A stretch of DNA of 64,000 bases. Origin: an uncultured Hormoscilla sp. (GTDB lineage Bacteria > Cyanobacteriota > Cyanobacteriia > Cyanobacteriales > Desertifilaceae). The stretch covers positions 3,648,001-3,712,000 of the forward strand of contig OZ001293.3 of the NCBI GenBank assembly GCA_963921275.4, in the 5' to 3' direction. A program made the position numbers and the translations under genes. Positions 48,027-60,501 of this stretch are shown here, in pieces (position 1 is the first letter of the stretch; every line of letters begins with the position of its first letter). The notes below the pieces were generated by a model. The model worked only from the letters and a program-made list of their open reading frames with translations, made no database searches and had not been told where the DNA came from.

Positions 48027-48379
48027 TGGTCAGAGTTCGTTTGTAGCACTACTGATTCTAGCTCAATCGATAAGTCGATTAGCAATCTGACATGGTTGAG
48101 TGTGGCAGCAATATCCCCTTTCGCGAGAATACAACTATAGCGGAGAATAGAGTCTAGTGGATGTTGCCATTGCATCCACAGCTGTCCTTTGATGATCTTG
48201 GTAGTGATTAACCAGTCTCTATATCGACATCGTGGCAGCTGGATGTCAATGGGAGTAAATGCAGAAGATCGCATTGCTGATTGAGATGTATCAGATAGTA
48301 ACATCATTACTGTCATAAAACTCGATATTCCGATCTTCCCGTGAAACTCTGTAGCCAGTGGTGATTGAACTGAGGGCAT
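48023..48379 (-). CDS. Hypothetical protein
   Basis: 118-aa ORF, no recognised motif. Confidence 0.35.
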   Translation of the reverse strand: MPSVQSPLATEFHGKIGISSFMTVMMLLSDTSQSAMRSSAFTPIDIQLPRCRYRDWLITTKIIKGQLWMQWQHPLDSILRYSCILAKGDIAATLNHVRLLIDLSIELESVVLQTNSDH

Positions 48380-48757
48380 AAGGGTGATAATTCTCAGGGA
48401 CAGAGGTGAGCTGAAAATGAATCCCTTGTGATCGACCGTAAGTAAGCTGGGTGAGTAGAGTCACGGACCGCTAAGCTCGATCGCAGTCCAACCGGTAGCG
48501 GTAAAGTAGCAGTCCCATCCGCCTAGAGCGTCGGTCCAGTAGAGGGGGTTGACAAAAAAACAAAATGTGTATATACTAAAAATATTTTTAAATATCTAGA
48601 CAGGAGTACACATATGCCTCCAGTCCCCTGGAATCACCCAATTGAACTTTCATCTTCGGAGCAGCAAGTGGCCAAAGGAATACGAAAAGCTAAACTATTC
48701 CTACTTTTAAGGGAGATTCGTCATGAATTATTTGACGAGAAGTTTCAATTTGAACTA

Positions 48758-49619
48758 GGGCGTGTCATCAGTTAGAAGAAGAGAGGATAGAATAGATGAA
48801 CTGAAGAAAAGGAAAGAGACAGAAAAATAGATATGCACCCTTGAATGACCAGTGGGAAAAAATCAAGGATTTCCTACCGGGAAGAGAAGGCCATGTAGTC
48901 CGAACAGCAAAAAATAATCGACTATTTGTGGAAGCAGTGCTGTATCGGTACAAAGCGGGAATCCCGTGTCCAGACTTACCCGAGAGATTTGGAGACTAAC
49001 GAGATGTACATACGAGGTTTAGCCGAGGGAACAAAAACAGAGTGTGGGAAAAGATCTTCTTTGTGTTGGCGGAAGATGCAGATAACGAGTATGGAATGAT
49101 TGATGCCACAATAGTCAGAGCCTATCAACACAGTGCCGGTGCGCCAAAAAAAAGAATCCTCTGTCGCCAGGAGTCTGAACACAATAACGACCAAGCCATT
49201 GGTAGAAGTCTCCTCCGATTAAGTACTTTGATTCATACCACTTATGACGCTCTTTTTAATCCGGAGGCTTCTTTTTGACAGTCCGACAAGCCCACGAGCT
49301 CGATAGCGCAGATGTCCTGCGCCATCGAGCTTGAAGCTTCCGCCATGTTGGCTTCTAAGGCTGATGATGCTGATGAACGAGTCCGTCAGAAACTTCACCC
49401 TCTTTGTTCCATAGCGGTTATTCCCTCTCAGGGGAACCGGAAAGAACCTCACTCCTACGATCGGCATCTCTACAAAGCTCGCCATCTGCGCCAAAAACTT
49501 TTTTGCCAATCTTATGCTGTATCTTGCTATTGCCACCCGTTACGATCAAACCGCTCGCAATTTTTTAGGGGCGATTTATCTGGTGGCTTGTGTCATCTGG
49601 CTTAACTGATGACACGCCC
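48758..49619 (+). mobile_element. IS5-family element, copy b2
   Basis: Near-identical inverted copy of 27923..28785; TA duplication. Confidence 0.9.
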
Positions 49620-50429
49620 TAGCAAGCATATTTAAAGACAGCTCGGTGGGAAAATATCCAGTCCCACCAGCCCGACTAGCATTGGCTATAATTTTACAGG
49701 CTGAAACCGGTGTATCAGATGATGAACTCATAGAAGCCTTGATTATGGACAGACGGTGACAATTGGCGCCCTTACTGCCTAGATTCTGAGCAAGCACCCT
49801 TTGGTAAAGGTACCCTTGTGAGGTTCCGTGCGGCCTTAATTGCCTCCGAAGGGGAATCTAATGTAACGCACGCGCTCGCCTCGGATTTAGAAGCGCCAAA
49901 AGTGACATTAACAGAATTACATATAGACCGAGGATATCTGAACAGTCATTTTGTTCAAGAAGGCGATAAAAATTTGACAATAATTTATAAGGCTTGGTCA
50001 GAGGGTAAATATTTTGAGAAAACAGCTTTTATTCTTAACTGGGAAGACAAATTAATTAGTTGTCCCAATGGAGTTAGCATTCCTTTTGATGAGGGAAAAC
50101 GGGTTCAGTTCAAGAGCGATATGTGTAAAATTTGTCCTTGACGTTCTCAATGCACTACTAACGCAAAAGGTCGCACGGTTTCTATTCATCCGGATGAATC
50201 TCTTTTGCTTGAACGACGTGAAAGGCAAACCTCAACATATGGTCGAGCCAAACTGCTTTCTTCGAGTAACCGTAGAACATAGTCTTGCTCACATCGGCCA
50301 GTGGCAGGGTGTGAGCGCGCGAGAGGATGGGAGTCCGTAAGAACCTCTTCGATCTACGACGTCTGGCTGTTGTTCATAATCTTCATGTTTTGGCAAGGAT
50401 ACCTGCAACAACTCAAGAGACAACTGCAT

Positions 50430-52807
50430 GTGCGATTCGTTTATTGTAAACTGACTTGAAACAGGTCAAGAAAGGGAATCACTAGCAGGGTTCCATTAGC
50501 CCTGACAACTTTTAGATGATGGTGGTGAAAGCCCACCCCTCCAGGTGCTCTCGTGACAGCACTTACCCCACGGTAGCGATGGCATCAATCCGTGAAGCGG
50601 GTATGAAAGGCGCACTGACTGGTAGTCCAAACTGGTTATCGTCAAGCAAGTAGCCATGATGAGCGTAAGTTAAGACTCATAAGTGTCGTTAGTGTCAACC
50701 ACTGTAATAAGGCTGACACACTGGCCCAAAAAGGGAAAGGATAATGGTCATTGGCGTAAGTGCAGACGACCAATAAGCACTGACAATAAACCCGGCATAT
50801 AGAGTCCATCTAAAGCTACGACCAATCATCTAGAGGAACGAAATAAACCAGATACAAACTCTCTATCACCGGTCGATAGATAGAGTAGTCACCAAAGACG
50901 TAACATCTGCTCACATTTGGCAGGTTGTATTTGGGAAAGATTTCGTGGAGAAGCAAACGGCCACTGGTAATAGGTGGTATACGCTGACGCCCTCACGGTA
51001 ATGTCAAGAGTAAAGCGGTGAGTAGTAATGAAACGTCATAGACACGAGAAATCGATGGATGAATGGAAGACGATACCCTGGCGAAAGCTGGAACGTTTAG
51101 TCTTTAAGTTACAAAAGCGGATTTACAAAGCGGCACAACGTGGCGACAAGCGAATGGTTCGCAGACTCCAGAGGTTACTGGTAAGCTCCCAGGCTGCCAA
51201 GAAACTAGCGGTACGGCGGGTAACACAAGACAACCAGGGAAAGAATACTGCTGGTGTGGATGGTGTAAAAACGCTGAACCCAAGGCAGCGCTTAGAACTG
51301 GTAGGACGGATCAAAATCTCGAACAAGGCTAGACCCGCACGGCGAGTGTGGATACCGAAACCAGGGAGAGACGAAAAGCGTCCATTGGGAATACCGACGA
51401 TGCACGACCGCGCAGCACAGGGGTTACTGAAGATAGCGCACTTATCCTGAATGGGAGGCGTACTTTGAAGGTAATTCTTACGGCTTTAGGCCAGGGAGAG
51501 GATGTCATGACGCAATCGGAGCAATATTCAATAGCATCTGTAGAAAACCTAAATGGGTATTAGATGCCGATATAGCAAAATGCTTCGACAGAATTGACCA
51601 CCAAGCGTTGATGGACAAATTGAATACGACATCACCAATCCGCAAACAAATACGGGCATGGCTAAAAGCCGGGGTGATGGAGAAAAGAAGTTTGTACCCA
51701 ACTGATGAGGGTACTCCTCAAGGAGGAGTGATATCCCCATTACTGGCGAATATAGCCCTACATGGACTAGAGGAAACAGTGATGGAAATGGGAAAGACGC
51801 AAAGTGAAAAGCGTAAATTGGCGGTAGTCAGATACGCCGACAACCTTGTGGTAATTCATGAGGAAAGAAAGAAGATAGAAGAAGCACAAGTGGTCATAGC
51901 GGAGTGGCTAAAAGAAGTTGGATTAGAACTTAAACCAGAGAAAACCCAAATAGCACATACGCTGAATGGAGATGATCCAGGATTTGACTTCCTAGGATTC
52001 AACGTAAGGCAATATGTGGTAAGTAAGAACAGAAGTGGTAAGAATCAACATGGAAAAGTTCTAGGCTTCAAAACCCTAATCAAACCCAGTAAAAAGTCCA
52101 TAGGGAAGCATAAAGAAAGGTTATCAGAAGTGGTAACAAGCCATAAATCAGCTCCTCAAGAAGCCTTAATCAGGAAACTGAACCCTATAATACGGGGATG
52201 GGCTAACTATTTTAGGACAGGAGTGAGTAAGGAAACTTACAGTGAGATGGACAACTACTTGTGGAACATCCTGTGGCAATGGGCTAGCAGAAGACACCCG
52301 AATAAGTCGAGACACTGGATAGCCAGGAGATACTGGTCCATAGGCGAAGATGGACACTGGAGATTTAGATGCAAGATGGAAAAGGGTGAAATTTCACTAA
52401 TAAAACACACGAGTGTAGAAATAGAAAGACATGTAAAGGTGAAAGATAAGGCTAGCCCATATGATGGGAACCTCACTTATTGGAGTACGAGATTAGGTAG
52501 AAACCCGGAAGTGAATGATAGAGAAGCAAGACTACTCAAGAAGCAGAAGGGGAAATGCCAACACTGTGAACAAATATTCAAAGACGGAGACAACTGGGAG
52601 GTAGACCACATCAAGCCACTCTCATTAGGTGGCAAAGACGAATGGAAAAACTTAGAGTTGTTACACAAACATTGCCACGATACAAAGACTGCCAGTGATG
52701 GTAGTAGCCGTGCCCATGACAAGGGTGGCGTTACTGAGGATGAGGTGAAAGTCTCACGTCCGGTTTTGAAGACGAGTCGGTACGGTGACGTACTGGCTTA
52801 GTTTAAT
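50430..52807 (+). mobile_element. ltrA: RT-encoding group II intron (host intron 2), inactive
   Basis: Starts GTGCG, ends GTTTAAT; EBS1 GTGCAG pairs with the exon CTGCAT; ORF 51028..52801 is frameshifted at ~51440, has YADN for YADD, and domain V lacks GCCGGA. Confidence 0.92.
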
Positions 52808-52922
52808 AAATTTTGAGCCTTGGTTACTATTTATCATATTTACATTTATTTGTCAATGACTTCTAGTGGACCGGCGCTCTAGATCCTAAAGGGCAATTAC
52901 TAGTATTGGGAAGGGGAAATCT

Positions 52923-53288
52923 ATGGAACGTATAATCAAGAGTGGCACGGGTTGGCGCATCGGCAGGAATATGGCAGCATCTGAACATCAGGGTTTATTG
53001 GGTGGCGATAACTGGGCGTGCGAACTGACTCAGGCGGAATGGCAGGACTTTGGCCGGTTACTAGACCAGCTGTCCGAAAGCATGAACCAGATGGCCTATC
53101 TGCTGATGGAGTCCGAAAAAATTACCTGCCAAGCCCAAAGCGATTTACTCTGGATGGAGGTCTCTGGCTATCCTGACGCCTACAGTCTTCGCTTTATCTT
53201 GAATGCGGGGCGCCGGTGCGAGGGGGAATGGTCGCCGTCGGTAGTTCCAGATTTAATTCGAGAAATTCAGAAAATTAATGTTTTCTAA
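52923..53288 (+). CDS. DUF1818-family protein
   Basis: MERIIKSGTGWRIG..GLLGGDNWACELT..LMESEKITC..RRCEGEW. Confidence 0.8.
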   Translation: MERIIKSGTGWRIGRNMAASEHQGLLGGDNWACELTQAEWQDFGRLLDQLSESMNQMAYLLMESEKITCQAQSDLLWMEVSGYPDAYSLRFILNAGRRCEGEWSPSVVPDLIREIQKINVF

Positions 53289-53320
53289 TCGCGATCTCTG
53301 TGTTAGGATGTTAGATATGT

Positions 53321-53394
53321 CGGGGCGTAGCGCAGCTTGGTAGCGCACCACTTTGGGGTAGTGGGGGTCGTGGGTTCAAATCCCGCCGCTCCGA
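53321..53394 (+). tRNA. tRNA-Pro(GGG)
   Basis: Acceptor stem CGGGGCG/CGCTCCG, anticodon arm CCACT-TTGGGGT-AGTGG, T-loop GTTCAAATC; CCA not encoded. Confidence 0.95.
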
Positions 53395-53488
53395 TGGTCA
53401 TAGAGAACCGGTGATAGAGTCCGCTGACCGCTAGGTTAGCGGACTTTTTTGGCGATCTGCTATAGTGCGATCGCATCTGTTAGCAGAT

Positions 53489-54322
53489 TATATGGAATCC
53501 GGTTAATCAGACATTGCAATTAGCTCGCTATGGCTGCGCCACGCTACGCGATCGGCCACCAGTGAAATTGAGTCAGTGCCCGCCTCGGGCTGATTGATGA
53601 GCTGGCGACAACGCTCGCAGATGACCTCTTTGAGTTCCTCCAAAGAATCGAACACCCGATTCATTATTGCCTCCGAAACGCACTGGCCATAGCTTCTCGG
53701 CTGGTTGTAATTCTGGAGAATATGCTGGGAGGAACTCTTTGAACAAACCTGGCGGGATTTCGAGCTTCTGTGTAGTGTGCCATCCCGCTCGCTCTAGCAC
53801 CAGCAGCGCTGGATGCTCCTCATCAATGCCTTGCGCCTGCGCAAAAGCTTCGAGAATACGACTGATGATTTCCGTCTCCACTCCCTCGAAGAGCCACCAT
53901 TCACTCTCGCCGCTACTCGGTTCGACAAAGCTATAGACCCAGCACCATCTCTTACGCCAGTATAGGGACTAGTTGTTTATCGGGTCGGCCTGTTCGTCTG
54001 GCTTCCGACCACCAGGCAAACTAATCTCGACGAAGTACAGGGTTTAAGCCCGCACGCGTTGCTCGTCCATAGTCCAAAGTCGTACGAGTTTACCTAGCTC
54101 GGTAAAAAATGCCTCTTTACGCTCTCGAAGTTTTTTTTCCACTCCTGCTGTTCAAGCTCGTCTGCTTCCCTGTGCTCAGGACGGAGCACTTTGATGTTGT
54201 AGAGGAGCCCAGATTCGATCTTCCCATCCCCGCTGCGGTGCCACTGGACTAGTAGCTCGCTCATCCACATAGCCACCTTCGGTCCGGTCCATATCATTCT
54301 CTTTTACCAAGGAAAACTTTTT
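53489..54322 (-). pseudogene. IS630-family transposase remnant
   Basis: WTGPKVA, LVLERAGWH, FLPAYSPELQPAEKLW. Confidence 0.8.
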
Positions 54323-55890
54323 ATTAGGGGTCGAGCTGTCCCTCGCGGGACAACCCTCCCGTTCGGAACCGTGCATGCGACTTTCACCGCACACGGCTAC
54401 TGGGTGCCAGGCCCTTTTCATGGGTAGGTAACTTTTGGATTACTCCCGTTGTCCCTTACTACTTACATGTTTGCCCCTTTCCTGGTTGGTGAGTGGCGCT
54501 GCCGGAAAACCTTTAGGATCACCATTTACATATCCGTTTTACCAGTAATACATTCCGAAATCCTCAACTCGCTTTCGCTAGCGCTGTGAACGGGCTTATG
54601 ACGTTTTAAGGCTACTTATACCAGTAGTTTCCTGACATCACCGACCCGCGTCTGCGTATCCATAGGCATTACCCTAGGCATTAGCTTCTCGGGCCATCTT
54701 TCCCACACGTGGCTTACGCTTCACATCTGACTGGTCCTACTGGACAGCTCACGTGGGGTTACTTCGTTCCCTGATATCATTTCACGATGTCATTAGGTCT
54801 CCACTATACCCCGGTAGTTCTTCGAGCACGATATTGGTCAAATGAAATAACCAATACTAACTACTTTCCCTTTTGGGCTAGCGCATTAAGCCTTATTTCG
54901 CTGGTTGAATGTTACGAGGTTTACATGAATTTGCTTGTTCTGACCTTAGGGCGTGTCATCAGTTAAGCCAAACAACAGTAGCAGCCAGGTAGATAGCACC
55001 CAAGAAATTCTGAGCCCTCTTATCGTAACGGGTGGCAATGGCTCGATATTGCTTGAGTTTGGCAAAAAAATTCTCAATCAAATGACGTGCTTTGTATAGA
55101 TATTTGTCATAACGGCGTTGTTCTTTTCGATTGGATTTAGGCGGAATCACAGGTTCGCATTGCTGGGCCTCAAGACGTTTCAAAACCCGTTCGTCAGCAT
55201 CAGAAGCTTTGTCTGCGAGTAACGCATCAGCCTTAATATTATCAAGTAACACATCAGCCCCTTCCAAATCGTGAGCTTGACCGGCTGTTAAATGAAAACC
55301 CGTTGGGTTCCCCAATGCGTCACAGGTCGCGTGAATTTTGGTACTCAAACCCCCTTTACGGCGTCCGATGGCTTGGTCGCAATCTTTTTTTTGAGCACCT
55401 GCACTATGTTGATGAGCCCTTTATATCGTGGCATCAATCATCGCATATTCGTTATCGGCATCGGACGCAAGTACCTTGAATACTCTTTCCCATACCCCGG
55501 ATTTTGACCACCTACTATGGCGCGTATGAATTACCCTCAAGTCCCCAAATCGCTCGGGTAAGTCCCGCCAAGGTATCCCAGCTCTATATCGATACAAGAC
55601 AGCATAGACAAATAAGCGGTTATCCTTAGCTGTCCCCCCCACATAACCCTCCCGACCTGGCAATAGGTCCCTGATTCTCTCCCACTGGTCATCTCTTAAA
55701 GCATAGCGACGCATTTCTCAAATTCTCCTGCTCTAACCTTTACCCTCTTAGATCACACCAATATATCCTGGTTGTCAACTCAATCATCTTGTTATATATT
55801 TTTGGTGGGGACCCATATCGTTAATCTAACTGATGACACGCCCTAGACATCTTTCCTAGCGGCGTCGCCGACTTAGGCTGTCAGCTATCC
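54323..55890 (-). mobile_element. 5'-truncated ORF-less group II intron, copy D, interrupted by IS5 c
   Basis: Minus strand begins GGATAGCTGACAGCCTAAG at 55890 and ends CGACCCCTAAT at 54323. Confidence 0.85.
54949..55843 (-). mobile_element. IS5-family element c (nearly intact, one stop after IDATI)
   Basis: TIRs GGGCGTGTCATCAGTTA, TA duplication; ORFs 55421..55714 and 54959..55348. Confidence 0.9.
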
Positions 55891-55892
55891 TA

Positions 55893-56591
55893 GGATAGCT
55901 GGTAGCCTAAACTGGTGACTCCGCTAGGAAAGATGCCCAAGGTTAGAAGAAGCGAACCTATGAGAGCCTCGTAATTTAGAACCGGCGAAATAAGGCTTTA
56001 TGCGCCGGAGACAAAAGTCACAGTAGTTAGTGTTAGCTTTTGTCCTTGGCTAACATCGTACTCAAAACAACTACCGGGGTGTAGTAGGAACCTAAAGGCA
56101 TCGCGCTCCGGAGACCAGGGAACGAAGTAACCCCTCGTGAGCTGTCCGTTAGGACGAGTGAGATGTGAAGCGTATGCCACGAGAGGGAGCCCAAGCCTGC
56201 CCCCAAGAAGCAAATGCCTGGGGTAATGCCTGGGACACGCCGACGTGCGGTGAGGGTGGGTGATAGTAGGAAGTCTCGGGTTGAAAGTAACTCTAAAGGT
56301 GTTATGAACCGTTCACTGGCGTATTAGTGAAAGCGAGTCGGTGGTGAGGTATAGATTACTGGTAAAACGGGCTTGATAATGGTGATACTAATGATACTAA
56401 AGGTTACCCGGCAGCGCCACTCATCAACCAGGAAAGGAGCGAAATCGCATGAGACAAGGGACAATGGGAGTAATCCAAAAGTTACCTGCCATTGACAAAG
56501 GGCCTACTACCCAGTAGCCGGATGCGATGAAAGTCGCATGTCCGGTTCCGAATGGGAGGGTTCCGAAGCGATTCCCAGCTCGACCCCTAAT
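55893..56591 (+). mobile_element. 5'-truncated ORF-less group II intron, copy E
   Basis: Begins GGATAGCTGGTAGCCTAAAC; domains V-VI intact; ends CGACCCCTAAT. Confidence 0.85.
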
Positions 56592-56611
56592 AAATTGATT
56601 ATCAACACTGC

Positions 56612-57668
56612 CATGACTCAAGATTATACAGATGTCCGATACCGAAGTTTGTCAATTGTTGTTCAATGCCATTCACTCCCGAGAATCTAATTTAGCGGAT
56701 AAGGTACAACTCCTAGACGGAGAAATTTTCAAACTATTACCCTTGATTGGCTTGCAACTAATGTCGATTATTTTGAGCTACTTAAGTTCTCAACTGACTC
56801 CATATGACTTGGAAAAAGGGTATCAAGTTCACCGTCACATAGGAGTAAAATATGGAGTGCTTTTTGGTCCGATAGAAGTAGAATCACCCTATATGTGGAA
56901 CCGCCAAAAAAAACAGGGGACTCCTCCGGTCAAAAACCAATTAGGCATTACTGATGTCGGGCGTTCTCCAGCTAAGATAAAAGCTATGGCTGCGCCACGC
57001 TACGCGATGCGCGATTGGTATCTTTGGGAATCAATCAATCAACAAGCGGCTAAACAATTTGAACAACACTATGGATGGAATAAAGATCGCTATCGAGTGA
57101 TAAGAGCGGTAGCCAAAATCGCTCCCCTTGCAGAGGAGTATGTTTCTCAACGACTAGAGCGTTCAAGAGCAGAAGATAATAAACCCCTCGATGTCAAACA
57201 AGGAGTTGAGAACATTTTGGTGGAACTTGATGGCTGTGCTGTCATATTCGCACTGGTATCTTTCAATCAGCTCAAAATCAACAGTTAACAATATTACGGC
57301 AAATTCCTTCAAAAAAGCGTACAACATAGTGCCTTGAAGTCAGTGTTGGTTTGGCTCGCCCACTTCAAAGAAAAATGCACTTTTGTGGCTAAGATGAGTA
57401 AGTATCCTCTTGTTGTAAATCAATTGGTAAGTGCAGCAATAGATCAAGGGATGTCGCTACGAGCGTAACGTCTATGCAGTCAGAGATGGTGGGAATGGGC
57501 TATGCTCAGAACTAGAGAAACAATTTGATAACTTGCAATTTATCCTAGATCGTTGCCATCTCAAACAACATCTTTATGAAACCGCTGATACGCAGTGCGC
57601 GACGCAGGATCGCTAGCTCTGGGGGTAGAAGGAAGCCAAAAACAGAATTTGGTAAATGAAGAACTATC
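56612..57668 (+). pseudogene. ISKra4/ISLre2-like transposase remnant
   Basis: FGPIEVESPYMW, FEQHYGW, ILVELDG, DGGNGL, FILDRCHLKQHL with frameshifts. Confidence 0.6.
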
Positions 57669-59410
57669 GTAACTACTCACAGCAACAAGTAGGGCTTGTT
57701 GAGAAAGGGAAAAACCCCGCAATTCTCAGCCCGAGAAACTGTCAAGTAGATTGCCATTAATCACGGAGCGCAGCCAGGAAAAAGTGGGGCTTAAAAAGCA
57801 TGATAAACAGAGCAATTCCAAGCCGGAGCAAGTATCAAGTAAATTTCATTCGGTCCCAGGCCGCTACTGGCAAGAAGTAGGGCTTGAAGAAAAGGAGATA
57901 AATTCCAAGCCCTCGGCCCTGTGTTAAGTAGATTGCCAGGCGGACCACGACCAGCCAAAGACAAAAGTTCACAGAGGCTAGCGCTCGCCGAACCTCCTTG
58001 CAATCCTGTAGTCTCTAAGAAGCTAAACATCATTGCAACCAACTTAGCGCCCCAAGCACTTCTAGCGCCACCACTAACTTGGCGATGTACTACTAGAGGA
58101 CGTCGCGAGCGCATCATTGTTATCAGGTTTAACTTCCTATGGGAGTTAAAAATGTGAACCACTCATTCCCATGACCTTCGAGTTTTAGGCCGCGTCTTTG
58201 GGCGTCTGCTGGCCATCCAGCAGATGGCGGTTTAGCCAAAATTGCGTTGCGCTTCTACAGTAGGAGGTTTTTGCGCTCTGTTGTTCAAGACTCAATAAAC
58301 CGGTGTGAAGTCGGTGATCAGCTTTTCTAGCTGTCCATAAAATTTGCTTAATCTGTTGTGCAAAATCAACATTCGCGGCCAAGCGACTGGTTAAGAGAGC
58401 GTCCAAATCTCCTTCTAGGTGAGCCAAGCATTTCTGTTTGGCCGCCGCTGTGGACCATAGGCGCTAAAACAATCACTGGTCAGAATACCGTCAAAATTTT
58501 CTGGGAGTAACTGTTTCAGTTCGGCGCTACCACGGGTTGGAGCCAAAAGCAGAACGTTGGTCACTGGTGGCTACCCATAACCAATACTTAATCCCATCAA
58601 TGCCATAAGTTGTCTCCTCCACAGAGCCCACAGCAGGTTTTTGTACATAAGCTAGCCACTTTTGATAACTTGGCTCTCAACTTTCGCGCTTTCCATCGGT
58701 GCATCGAAGCTAAACTACCTTGGGAAATTGCTATAGCCAATACATGTTCGACAAAATACTCTTGCTTTCGCCAGGTCAGGTTGCCACCATTCAAGCGCCA
58801 ACCAACAACACTGCATAACCTACCGCCATAACTAAACCCTTCCTTGACTCCCCACGGCAAAGGAGCATATCCAGACCAACCAGATGAGGGGCATTGGCAA
58901 CGAGGACGCTGGTATTCTCTGATTTCTACTGGTTGCTCTAGCAGTTCTGCGATTTGTTGAACTTTCTTGGGAGCACCTGTCACCGGCTCTACCTGGGCTC
59001 CACAAGTGGGACAAGCTACAGGCAATAGCTGTTCTGTGCGATCGGGTTCTCCAAATCCCGGAGCTTGTCTTACCACAGTGATTATCTTTAGGACCGCCTT
59101 TTTTACCTTTTTTACCCTTGCTAGGGGCTGAAGGTTTTTTGAGAAGGTCTTGTGAGGGGGGGACAGAACTGTTTTGAGACGACCGGTTTTTCAGTTTCTT
59201 CAGCTCGGAGGAGAGTTGTAAATTTTCCTAGAGCCTCTAGTTCTTTCTGTTGCTTCTCAATTCTAGCCTGCTGTTGTTTGAGCAGTTGCTGCTGCTTGAC
59301 CATCCACTCGATCACCAGCAGATAGTTCGCCATCTCGTCAGCAGGGATGGCGGAGGTCATCTGTGAGGTCTGTAGTGCAGCAGTAAAGGTCATATAAGCT
59401 AGTATACCCC
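57669..59410 (-). mobile_element. IS66-like element, copy 2 (degraded)
   Basis: End GTAACTACTCACAGC; fragments homologous to 35643..37024. Confidence 0.8.
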
Positions 59411-59456
59411 AAGGGGAGCCTATCTCTGTCAGCCGAGGGGAAGTTGTACCCTAGTA

Positions 59457-60499
59457 GACATCTCCAAAAATCAAACCCTTGTCAGCTCTTGGTTTTAAGC
59501 TCTACTGGGTTTTAAGCTCTACCTCCCATGCTCACATATGTTACTCAAACGGCAGAATCGGGGTTTGATAGATTTCCTGTTAATAAAGAGCTCCAAAGGT
59601 GGTACTGGTTAATCTCAAGTTTTTCAGAGCTATCAACAGATTCTAATACTTCTAAAATTCACGCAATCTAACCAACCCAACTTTTGTCAAAATTACCGAT
59701 TCATATTTATCAATATTTAACCGAAATCGCTCGCTGGCAACCCGGAAAATTTTTACCAATGACCTGTTCAACGAAAACGGGAAGAAAAATCTCTATTTTA
59801 TTCTTTTTGTTTAGCTGTTAATTCCTGTTTTTTCGGTTGTTTTTATTTGAGGTTCTCCAATATAGGCTTTATCCCCTGCAAAAATTTGATCTGGATCGAA
59901 AACGACGCTCGCAAGATTTATATCGCTTGCTGGGCCTCTTTCTCCAGATACAACATTGACAAGATATGCACGCTACCAGGTAAAACAATTAATTGATTTT
60001 TCAAAGTATTTCTTCTTACCTGAGTAAAACTTTTTCTGCTCTTCATAGTCTTTAGGTCTTGGTATGGCTTGCGCTATCGACTATCAACTCATATTCTGTG
60101 TTTGGATAAATATTCTTCATCTTCTCCATTTTTTTTGTTCAAGTAAACGGCAAAGCGGAAAAGATCTTGCAATAATTAAAAATATCATTAGCTTTCACTC
60201 AAAAAGTATACCTAATACTTGGAATGTTAATCCTCGACACATCAAAGTTTATTTGCTCTTCTACTAATAATTTATGTTTCGCCCCCACTACGTATCAATC
60301 TAGTTTTGTGTTCTTCCACCTTTTCTTTATGATTTTTATCCAACAGCAATTGCAATAAGTTGTATTAAGTTTTCATAGCTGATACCGATGAGCCGTTTTG
60401 CTTCTTTAGGCTTGGCTTGCAAATATGTCCAGGTAATACTCGTCACAAAATTAAATTTTCAAATCTTATTATAGCATAAATTTCTATTTTGGAGATGTC
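59457..60499 (-). mobile_element. Degraded IS (IS5/ISL2-like DDE)
   Basis: TIRs GACATCTCCAAAA / TTTTGGAGATGTC; fragments KRLIGIS, FYSGKKK, GDKAYIG. Confidence 0.7.
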
Positions 60500-60501
60500 T
60501 A

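Larger units (their letters stand above)
48526..52879 (+). mobile_element. IS1182-family element, copy 2, carrying IS5 b2 and host intron 2
   Basis: TIRs GAGCGTCGGTCCAGTAG / CTAGTGGACCGGCGCTC; transposase fragments homologous to 33917..35634. Confidence 0.85.
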
